41,263 nucleotides of DNA from positions 1 to 41,263 of the IMG/VR virus record IMGVR_UViG_3300011013_000003; one strand, 5' to 3'. The stretch comes from a virus. The notes under the pieces are model-generated. The model searched no databases. It was given only the letters and a program-made list of their open reading frames with translations, and was not told the DNA's origin. The position numbers were made by a program, and so were the translations under genes. This document shows positions 1-6,719 of the stretch, one piece after another (the stretch's first letter is position 1; every line of letters starts with the position of its first letter).

Positions 1-123
1 ATGGCGAGTAGGTGCAGGTGCAGCGGAGATGTTTTCATGATTGACTTTTTAAAATCTTTATTATGTTTGATAGGTTTGCACAATAATCCTATATTTAAAT
101 ATCAATATTATGAAGAAGAAGTA
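1..123. repeat. Terminal direct repeat, copy 1 (identical to 41141..41263)
   Basis: Read directly. atggcgagtaggtgcaggtgcagcggagatg...gaagaagaagta occurs at both window ends with no mismatch seen. The repeat starts inside the primase-helicase CDS. Confidence 0.95.
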
Positions 124-174
124 AGGGAGTGTTCACACTGCCATGAGCAATATTCAATAAGACCTTTATTTTAA
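37..174 (+). CDS. Hypothetical 45-aa protein (MIDFLKSLLCLIGLHNNPIFKYQYYEEEVRECSHCHEQYSIRPLF)
   Basis: My own translation; the ORF is below the track cutoff. Its ATG overlaps the primase-helicase stop as ATGA (37-40 = 41177-41180), which suggests translational coupling. Contains a CxxC. Confidence 0.35.
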   Translation: MIDFLKSLLCLIGLHNNPIFKYQYYEEEVRECSHCHEQYSIRPLF

Positions 175-197
175 TTCAAACTTTGTATAACTAAAAT

Positions 198-275
198 TAT
201 ACCCTTACGGCTATAAATCCAAAATATACCCGTACGGCTATAAATCCAGAATATAACTGTAAAGGTATATCTAAA
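198..275. repeat. Tandem direct repeats with 27-bp period: two near-identical 24-mers plus a degenerate third
   Basis: tatacccTtacggctataaatcca (198-221) and tatacccGtacggctataaatcca (225-248) differ at 1 position. A third copy in register at 252-275 matches about 15 of 24. The array lies just upstream of the 77-aa ORF and integrase pair. Confidence 0.8.
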
Positions 276-296
276 CAATTTAAATAGGAGGCTACC

Positions 297-530
297 ATGT
301 TCAAATTTATTTCAAATTATTTTTCATATAGAAAAGAAAAAGCCCAGGCGGAAGATTACTTATCTGGATTCGGATATGCTATGTCAGCGTATTGTATAGA
401 AGAATTAAGCATTTCTGAATTAGAAACTTATATTCATACCGCTAGAATAATGGGTGATTATGGCCCTTTTGATGCTGGATTTAAGGAAGCTATCCGTACT
501 ATCCGGGAGTTTGATATTAAAAATGGCTAA
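297..530 (+). CDS. Hypothetical 77-aa protein upstream of the integrase
   Basis: ORF track. AGGAGG sits 6-7 nt before the ATG. Its 3' end overlaps the preferred integrase start by 8 nt. No recognisable HTH or Xis motif. Confidence 0.6.
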   Translation: MFKFISNYFSYRKEKAQAEDYLSGFGYAMSAYCIEELSISELETYIHTARIMGDYGPFDAGFKEAIRTIREFDIKNG

Positions 531-1353
531 AATAAACCACACCCTCAATACATTCCTGCCACTCTACCTGGAATATGCAAGGGGTAAGCTAAAACATAAG
601 ACGGTCAATGAGTACGAAAGGCTTATAAAGACTAACTTACAGCCTGAGTTCGGGGTAGAAAAACTGACCTCTTTTTCTACCAAAAAAGTAGAACAATGGC
701 ACATACGTATTAAAGCCAAAACACCTCATTTAGCAAATAGGGCCTTAGCGGTCCTCAGCGGCGTTTTAAAGCTCGCTGCTCGTTGGGGGTACATTCAGTC
801 GAATCCCGTAAATGGAATAGAATACGCTAAGGAAAAGAAGCGAGAGGTGTACTTAGACCCCGATGCCAGAAGCAGACTGCTGGGTGTCACCTACAGTCAG
901 GACCCGATTGATTGCGCTTTCCTTTTAACAGCATATTATACTGGGGCCCGACCAGGTGAATTGCAGAAGGCAAAGAAAGCCTGGATTCAGGGAAATGTTA
1001 TCCGCTGTCTGGATGCTAAGACGGGGGACCGCAATATCTATTTACCGCCAGAGGCTCAAAAAGCCATCCTGAGCGTACCAGCTCACGATTCTGAGCTGAT
1101 TTTCCCTGGGGTGAATACTTCTGTCCTGTGGAGGAGGGTACGCAAGGAGGCCAAATTAGAAGGTTACAGGCTGTATGATTTACGTCACACCTTTGCATCT
1201 GCAGCATTGGAGGGTGGCGCATCGCTTGAAGCCATCAGCCAACTGCTCGGACACAATGACCCCAAGACTACCCGAAGGTATACACATCTAACTAATAAGG
1301 CTGGAAATGAAACTGCGGCCAGGACAGCCGCAGTATTGAGTGAACTAGATTAA
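523..1353 (+). CDS. int: Tyrosine recombinase / phage integrase
   Basis: Catalytic signature seen in the translation: TGARPGEL (Arg), YDLRHTFAS (H-x-x-R), LGHNDPKTTRRYTHL (His plus Tyr nucleophile). I prefer the start at ATG 523 (MAKINHT) over the track start at 454, which runs 77 nt into the upstream ORF. Confidence 0.9.
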   Translation: MAKINHTLNTFLPLYLEYARGKLKHKTVNEYERLIKTNLQPEFGVEKLTSFSTKKVEQWHIRIKAKTPHLANRALAVLSGVLKLAARWGYIQSNPVNGIEYAKEKKREVYLDPDARSRLLGVTYSQDPIDCAFLLTAYYTGARPGELQKAKKAWIQGNVIRCLDAKTGDRNIYLPPEAQKAILSVPAHDSELIFPGVNTSVLWRRVRKEAKLEGYRLYDLRHTFASAALEGGASLEAISQLLGHNDPKTTRRYTHLTNKAGNETAARTAAVLSELD

Positions 1354-1899
1354 ACCCTTTTCAAACTTCTCGATGTTATCCTTTACTTTATCAACGTATC
1401 GTTGATTAACAAAGGCATTGCCTACTGCAGTTCGCCGTGGGCTTCCTGCATTGTATGCGGCGATTACACCGTCTATTCCATGCTTGTCATAGAATCTTTT
1501 CTCCAGGTTGTTAAAATGTTTACATCCATATTCTAATCCTTTAGGGCCACATAACTCAGGGAAGGCACCATGAAAACTAAGTTCTCTAGCAACAGCACCC
1601 ATAATTTGCATTGGACCCCAGGAGGCTTGTTGACCCCACCACTCTGTATGCCGTGAGCTGATACCTTTTATGTAAGGGAAGTCAATAGGTGCAATTTCAG
1701 ACTTAATTTCTGCAGGAGTTAGCTTCCTAAAAGGCCCCTCATCAATGACATTAACCAGGTAACGATAGTGGGGCTCAACTCGGTAGGCATATACATTACC
1801 GCTACTTTCAGTATGCACTAAACCTGCCACCAAAGAGGTAGGCAGACCATGTATACAGGAAATAGATTTTATATAAAAATTTAAATCTGTCTCGTTCAA
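1345..1899 (-). CDS. Lytic transglycosylase (SLT domain), probable endolysin or virion muralytic enzyme
   Basis: HTESSGN (catalytic Glu-Ser motif) and IAAYNAGSP (AYNAG motif) are typical of the SLT/goose-lysozyme-like family. Last gene of the minus arm. Its stop overlaps the integrase stop convergently. Confidence 0.8.
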   Translation of the reverse strand: MNETDLNFYIKSISCIHGLPTSLVAGLVHTESSGNVYAYRVEPHYRYLVNVIDEGPFRKLTPAEIKSEIAPIDFPYIKGISSRHTEWWGQQASWGPMQIMGAVARELSFHGAFPELCGPKGLEYGCKHFNNLEKRFYDKHGIDGVIAAYNAGSPRRTAVGNAFVNQRYVDKVKDNIEKFEKGLI

Positions 1900-1909
1900 T
1901 TGTTTTCTC

Positions 1910-2482
1910 CTAAAAAGTTATTCTAGTTTGTTCATCAGGCTGTATCTCGGATTCACAGGACCCTAAGTTTGGCCATTGCCATGTAACAGGAAATCCAAAT
2001 TGTTTAAGAAAAGCATCCTGGGCTTTATAAGACTGAGCTTCTGCAGCTTTCCTTTGGTCACATTGGGAAAAGTCAAAGCCATTTGCATACTGAAAGTAGT
2101 GGACAAATTCATGTACCAATAACCCGGCAGCAATTATTGCTGGTATGTTTTGTATGCTTTCCCCTAAGTAAACTGTATTAGTCTGATGAGAATAAATACC
2201 TCTCGCTGTTCCATCTTCCGGTATTTTTAATATTTGACTTAATGCAGAATCCTTTATAATAACGACAACCGGTTTACTCAATCCGTTGCGTGTATAACCA
2301 GTATACTCCGCAGCAGATTGAAATGCTAATGCAATTATTGAAGGAAAGGTTTCTGCTGGAATAGGGACCGGTACTTTATGAATTGGATGGTCCTTCTCTG
2401 CAGCTGCCACTGGATGACAAGCTGCAGTAAAAAGTAGTATGCTAATTATTAGGGATACTGACCCATTTAGTAGTTTTCTCAT
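1910..2482 (-). CDS. Secreted or periplasmic putative zinc metallopeptidase (HExxH)
   Basis: N-terminal signal-like sequence MRKLLNGSVSLIISILLFTAACHPVAAAE. A single HEFVH motif preceded by a hydrophobic stretch (AAGLLVHEFVHYF). No further family assignment is possible by eye. Confidence 0.55.
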   Translation of the reverse strand: MRKLLNGSVSLIISILLFTAACHPVAAAEKDHPIHKVPVPIPAETFPSIIALAFQSAAEYTGYTRNGLSKPVVVIIKDSALSQILKIPEDGTARGIYSHQTNTVYLGESIQNIPAIIAAGLLVHEFVHYFQYANGFDFSQCDQRKAAEAQSYKAQDAFLKQFGFPVTWQWPNLGSCESEIQPDEQTRITF

Positions 2483-3662
2483 TATGCTTTTTCCTCTCTG
2501 TATAAACAGGCATTGAAATTGTAATCCCTAGTTCAGGGTGCGTTAGCCACAATGCCTGTGCTGGTACTTCAAAAGAAAAGTTACCTGAATAAGCGTATTC
2601 ATCATACCCCTTCAGAGAACCATTTACTATTAATTTAGGTAACATCATTAGTGTGTGAAAGTGACCCACTAACATGGTGTCATACCCTAAACCTATATTA
2701 CTATTCCTGGAACGCTTTTTATTATCTCCTCGTATTATAGGTCCTATCGGTCCTATAATACCATCGCCACCTCTAAACTGGTCACCATGAGTTAAAAGAT
2801 ACGTATGATTAAATACTTTGTATAATGCATCAGGTCCATCTGGAATATAAAAAGTCACACGTTTATCATCTTTAAAATGCTTTGCTAATAGCTGATAAAC
2901 TAACCAATCGAAACTGGTATAGTGCCTTTGCTTATTCTGAATCTTCTTGGTATTTCTACCATGATTCCCAGTTACACAAGGTACAAAAACATTCCCAAAA
3001 TTGTTAGCTATTAATTCAATACCTTCAGCTAACACACCGAACAAGTCAATGATAGTTGGCATTATAGGCATATCATTTGTATTTGTCAACTCTTCATGTA
3101 TATCACCTGTTACCATATCGCCACCCAGGTTAATAACAACCCCCGGATAATTAGGATTAACCGTATAGTTTTTTAACAAGTCAACAGTCGATTGAAATAA
3201 TTGCCTTGCGCGATTATGCGCGATTTTAATATTAAACGCATTCTTATTTGCAATCTCTGATGAGGAAACTACTTCACCCCAGTGCCAATCAGACCACATT
3301 GCACAAGGTACACCTGGGGATTTCTTATCTTTACTGGAAGGTTTAATTAACCAACCTGGTAATGCAGTCGGCTCTTCAGCTAATCCAAATATAAATTTCC
3401 TAACATAAGATGTAGTCAACTGTTCTTTTTGTGCGGACCTTAATTGTGCCTGGAGTGATTTAACTTCTACTTTAAGTGAATCAACTTTATCCGGTACAGT
3501 CACTGAAGCAGCATAACCTTTTTCAATAGCTACCTTTAGTCGATGTACATAAGTACCTCTATTTAATTTCAGTGCGCGTGCTGCAGCTTCCCTTGTGCCA
3601 TGTGCTCTTAGTGCATCAACCGCAGCTTGCAAGTCTTTTTTAGATACTGGTTTCTGTGCCAT
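2442..3662 (-). CDS. Calcineurin-like metallophosphoesterase with an N-terminal HTH-like domain
   Basis: Ordered metallophosphoesterase motifs: SDWHWGE (DxH), GGDMVTGD (GDxxD-like), TGNHG (GNH), LTHGD, VGHFH (GHxH). The N-terminal 50 aa (GTREAAARALKLNRGTYVHRLK) look like an HTH followed by a coiled segment. Confidence 0.7.
   Translation of the reverse strand: MAQKPVSKKDLQAAVDALRAHGTREAAARALKLNRGTYVHRLKVAIEKGYAASVTVPDKVDSLKVEVKSLQAQLRSAQKEQLTTSYVRKFIFGLAEEPTALPGWLIKPSSKDKKSPGVPCAMWSDWHWGEVVSSSEIANKNAFNIKIAHNRARQLFQSTVDLLKNYTVNPNYPGVVINLGGDMVTGDIHEELTNTNDMPIMPTIIDLFGVLAEGIELIANNFGNVFVPCVTGNHGRNTKKIQNKQRHYTSFDWLVYQLLAKHFKDDKRVTFYIPDGPDALYKVFNHTYLLTHGDQFRGGDGIIGPIGPIIRGDNKKRSRNSNIGLGYDTMLVGHFHTLMMLPKLIVNGSLKGYDEYAYSGNFSFEVPAQALWLTHPELGITISMPVYTERKKHNEKTTKWVSIPNN
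3061..3089 (-). promoter_or_regulatory. Perfect sigma70 consensus promoter (TTGACA-17-TATAAT) inside the phosphoesterase CDS
   Basis: The reverse complement of 3061-3090 reads gTTGACAaatacaaatgatatgccTATAAT. It points the same way as the downstream peptidase and SLT genes. Confidence 0.5.
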
Positions 3663-3687
3663 ATTTTGATTCCTAATCTAAGGTAAT

Positions 3688-3717
3688 AAAAAGCCAAGTC
3701 TATAGTATAGACTCGGC
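3688..3717 (-). terminator. Rho-independent terminator after the holin-like gene
   Basis: 12-bp arms at 3693-3704 and 3706-3717. The single non-Watson-Crick pair is G-U on the minus-strand RNA but A-C on the plus strand. The hairpin is followed on the minus strand by TTTTT (3692-3688). Confidence 0.6.
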
Positions 3718-3725
3718 TGTGTCAA
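3697..3725 (-). promoter_or_regulatory. Sigma70-like promoter (TTGACA-17-TAGACT) overlapping the terminator hairpin
   Basis: The minus strand reads TTGACA (3725-3720), a 17-nt spacer, then TAGACT (3702-3697). The predicted start lies just upstream of the phosphoesterase gene (AGGAA RBS, ATG at 3662). Confidence 0.45.
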
Positions 3726-3738
3726 GAATTAATTATAT

Positions 3739-3957
3739 TTACTTGTCAGGTTTAGGCCCTTTGTTAAACAACCTGGCAAATGTTGAACTATAAAAATCCA
3801 GGCCATATATCTTTTCCCAGATACGAATGCCTATCCATATAATAGTGAATAAAGAAGCAATAGCCGGTAACCATTCTAACAGTGTGCTAACTGCAACTAG
3901 CCCAGCCGAGGCATCCGTAATTTCTTTTACTAAGTGTTCTGTGTTTTCCGTATACAT
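3739..3957 (-). CDS. Holin-like small membrane protein (72 aa)
   Basis: Hydrophobic segments GLVAVSTLLEWLPAIASLFTIIWIGIRIW with a charged C-terminus. TAATG overlap with the upstream gene. The position is consistent with a lysis cassette. Confidence 0.5.
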   Translation of the reverse strand: MYTENTEHLVKEITDASAGLVAVSTLLEWLPAIASLFTIIWIGIRIWEKIYGLDFYSSTFARLFNKGPKPDK

Positions 3958-4556
3958 TATTTTTTATTTCCTATTCTTCGTTTAATCATATGTATTACTT
4001 CAGGCACAATATCGTCCAGATGTTTCAGGAATGTAGAATGCGGATTGAATCCATCAAAGTGTTTCTTTAAATTATAATTTGAAACTAATGTACCTGATTG
4101 AGGTTTTTTACCATAGTTACCCCACAAATGTCCGGGTCTAAGTTTACCTAAGTTCAGTACCCAATCTCCACCATGGTAACAATTAATCACCCAACAATCT
4201 TTTCTAAATTCTAAACCTGAATCAAGAGCACCGTTGAATGATACCACACCTACAACATTTTTGCATTGTTTTTGTGCTAGATAGGATAAGGCTAATCCAT
4301 TACTATGGCAAACTATCACAACATCTTTGTGGTGTTTATCAATATGTTCAATTAATCCGTTAGCCACTTTCCCCATTCTTATCCTATTAGCAATCACATT
4401 ACCTAAAGTGGTACGTGCAGCCTTGCCATAAATATAAGGATAGCATTGCATATGGTGTGCATTAAAATACGGACAAAAAGAATAAACATAATCACCGTCA
4501 GAATTAAATCCTGGTACGGGAATTATATCGGGTAAATCATTTACTTGTTGTTCCAC
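3957..4556 (-). CDS. Alpha/beta-hydrolase-fold protein (putative esterase or lipase)
   Basis: IIPVPGF (oxyanion-loop-like), a nucleophile-elbow variant VIVCHSNGL (x-H-S-x-G), and later Asp and His candidates (NPHSTF). The assignment rests on motifs only. Confidence 0.5.
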   Translation of the reverse strand: MEQQVNDLPDIIPVPGFNSDGDYVYSFCPYFNAHHMQCYPYIYGKAARTTLGNVIANRIRMGKVANGLIEHIDKHHKDVVIVCHSNGLALSYLAQKQCKNVVGVVSFNGALDSGLEFRKDCWVINCYHGGDWVLNLGKLRPGHLWGNYGKKPQSGTLVSNYNLKKHFDGFNPHSTFLKHLDDIVPEVIHMIKRRIGNKK

Positions 4557-4801
4557 TTCACTTCCTGTTTGTTAGTATTACAAGTAATTTCCAGTTTACT
4601 GTTTTGTACATTCTTGCCTACATAAATGTGAGCACCGTTGCCTTTACCTTTTGCATACTGAGTTAGCGAACCATAACGCGCTTTACCGTCGACATAGGTA
4701 CAGCCCGCCCGGTCCGGGTCAGCATCATGTGCTGCTGTAGCGCAGCCTGCTAAGATTAGAGCGCCTAGCGTGAGGGATACTGTACTTATTTCTTTTTTCA
4801 T
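4541..4801 (-). CDS. Lipoprotein (86 aa)
   Basis: Signal peptide plus lipobox: MKKEISTVSLTLGALILAG-C. There is no C-terminal TM segment, so it is not a unimolecular spanin. Confidence 0.7.
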   Translation of the reverse strand: MKKEISTVSLTLGALILAGCATAAHDADPDRAGCTYVDGKARYGSLTQYAKGKGNGAHIYVGKNVQNSKLEITCNTNKQEVKWNNK

Positions 4802-4820
4802 ATTTGCTTTTCCTTTCTAT

Positions 4821-5159
4821 TTATTTAATTTTAGCTCTTTTAGCCTTTCTGTCAGCCCACTTATCCTGAGCACCTTTAGGTAAATCAGTTAAAGCTGGTA
4901 GAGTGCCATTAGCCACTACATAATCCATAAAGTCTTCAAACACCCTAGCTACAGATTGGTCAGTTTTTGCTAACTCAACTACATCAGCTTGAGCTATTAA
5001 ATGGGCTGCGTATTCAACTTCATATCCATCTACTAATTCTTGTGTTAAAGTGGGGAGGCCTACAGGCCAGCCAGTAATTTTACCAGCTTTAGTAGTGATA
5101 CCGTCTATTCCCGGATGTTTCCACCCCAATGAGTTTGCATTTTGTACTGTTATATTCAT
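4821..5159 (-). CDS. Hypothetical 112-aa protein downstream of the fiber paralogs
   Basis: ORF track. ATGA overlap with the upstream paralog gene. Basic C-terminal tail. Function unknown; a chaperone or assembly role would be a guess from position only. Confidence 0.6.
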   Translation of the reverse strand: MNITVQNANSLGWKHPGIDGITTKAGKITGWPVGLPTLTQELVDGYEVEYAAHLIAQADVVELAKTDQSVARVFEDFMDYVVANGTLPALTDLPKGAQDKWADRKAKRAKIK

Positions 5160-5653
5160 ACTCTTATCTCCGAAATTGTAATTGATGAAGAACTAACGCC
5201 CCCATTTTTTCTAGCGCTACTTGCGCCATTGAATGTTAAAGTACCGGCACTTGAACTCCCTATCCGTACTTTAAAAGTGGTACTACTTACAGTGCCTGCT
5301 GTCATATAGTGTGTTATATTCATGCTTGTGGGAGTATTAGCCACTGGAAGTATTTGACTGGCAGCAAGAGCATTAGCCGTAGAATCTTGGAATAATGCGC
5401 CGGTGTATACCGACCCTGACGTATGAGCAAATACCGCAGTAACTTCTATCAAAAGAATATTGTTCGTATTAGTCGGAGTAATAGAGAGTGTCATAAACTC
5501 ATTACCCTCAGTATTTTGAGGGATAGTATCATCATTAGGCATTGTAGTAGTTCCCGTTGCTACAGCACCATCCGTTACATTTACTACTTGCACTAAACGG
5601 GCGTGCTCATTACCATTGCTATCTGTAATTGTGTCTACCGTTAATCCACTCAT
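5156..5653 (-). CDS. Fiber-associated paralog 3 (165 aa)
   Basis: Shares with the 168- and 169-aa neighbours the blocks MSxLxVD, VVQVVN, DDTIPQNTEG, ALFQDS, TTFKVR and SSITISE. Confidence 0.75.
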   Translation of the reverse strand: MSGLTVDTITDSNGNEHARLVQVVNVTDGAVATGTTTMPNDDTIPQNTEGNEFMTLSITPTNTNNILLIEVTAVFAHTSGSVYTGALFQDSTANALAASQILPVANTPTSMNITHYMTAGTVSSTTFKVRIGSSSAGTLTFNGASSARKNGGVSSSSITISEIRV

Positions 5654-5687
5654 AGTAGTTCACCTCGTATATAATTAATTACTCGGA

Positions 5688-6194
5688 TCATGATGGTTGA
5701 TACTCCGTGATTGTGATTGAGTAGTGAGCAGCCCCACCAAAAGTCCTTGCGCTAGTATTCCCGTTTAAATAACCTGTGCCTGAATCTACCCCCACTCTTA
5801 CTTTAAAGGTTGTTGTAGAAGTTGTTCCTGCAACTTGATTATATTGCATATGTAAATTCTGTGGATAGTTTCCAGAGTTTTCAGATGATACGCCTACTTG
5901 TATTGCGCCGGCATCAGAATCTTTAAATAATGCGGCAGAAAATATATTCGTTATGCTTGTTGATATACAAGGAAAATTAACTTCTATTTTTAATAGATTT
6001 GAACTATCTTTAGGAGTTATGCTTGCTGTTATAACCTCTGCTCCTTCGGTATTTTGTGGTATTGTATTATCCCAAGGAATTACACTTGTTGTTGTTGAAT
6101 AGGCATTATCAGTTGTATTAACTACCTGCACTACTTGCTGCTTCTTAAAAGCACCAGCTTTATCATAAATATCATCTACATTTAATTGACTCAT
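5688..6194 (-). CDS. Fiber-associated paralog 2 (168 aa)
   Basis: Same conserved blocks (QQVVQVVN, NTIPQNTEG, ALFKDS, TTFKVRVG, YSITITEYQPS). The central region is divergent. Confidence 0.75.
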   Translation of the reverse strand: MSQLNVDDIYDKAGAFKKQQVVQVVNTTDNAYSTTTSVIPWDNTIPQNTEGAEVITASITPKDSSNLLKIEVNFPCISTSITNIFSAALFKDSDAGAIQVGVSSENSGNYPQNLHMQYNQVAGTTSTTTFKVRVGVDSGTGYLNGNTSARTFGGAAHYSITITEYQPS

Positions 6195-6208
6195 ATTTTA
6201 TATTCCTA

Positions 6209-6718
6209 TTATGAAGATGGTTGGTATTCGGTGATTGTTATAGAAGAAATCATAGTTCCACCATACTTTCTCCCTGCGGAATCTCTATTGAAATACAAAG
6301 TACCTATAGAACCTCCAGCTCTAAATTTAAAGGTAGTAGCGGAGGTTGTCCCCGCTGTCATTTTATGTATAAACCTACATGTATCCGTATAGCTATTATT
6401 ATGATTTCTTTGTGTTAAACACGATAGAGCATCGGCAGTTGAATCTTGAAAGAGAGCAACTGTTATTCTATCATTTGTTGTTCCGTGCCCAATGTGGAGC
6501 ATCGCCTCAATAACCAAAATATTACTAGTGGACTTTGGAGTTATTGCCAAAGTCATATATTCATCACCCTCAGTATTCTGAGGTATGGTATCATCATTAG
6601 GCAATGTAGTCGTGCCTGATGCTGTAATAGCATCTTCTGCCGATACAACCTGCACTACCTGCTGTTTCGTGTAAACACCTGCGCTATCCTGAACTGTATC
6701 TACTTTTATTGTACTCAT
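6209..6718 (-). CDS. Fiber-associated paralog 1 (169 aa)
   Basis: Same conserved blocks (QQVVQVVS, DDTIPQNTEG, ALFQDS, TTFKFRAG, SSITITEYQPSS). Lies immediately downstream of the tail fiber gene. Confidence 0.75.
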   Translation of the reverse strand: MSTIKVDTVQDSAGVYTKQQVVQVVSAEDAITASGTTTLPNDDTIPQNTEGDEYMTLAITPKSTSNILVIEAMLHIGHGTTNDRITVALFQDSTADALSCLTQRNHNNSYTDTCRFIHKMTAGTTSATTFKFRAGGSIGTLYFNRDSAGRKYGGTMISSITITEYQPSS

Positions 6719-6719
6719 A

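Noticed and set aside
454-522. The longer integrase start at 454 given in the ORF track.
   Set aside because: It would add an implausible hydrophobic leader (MIMALLMLDL...) and overlap the upstream ORF by 77 nt. ATG 523 gives a normal integrase N-terminus with an 8-nt overlap.
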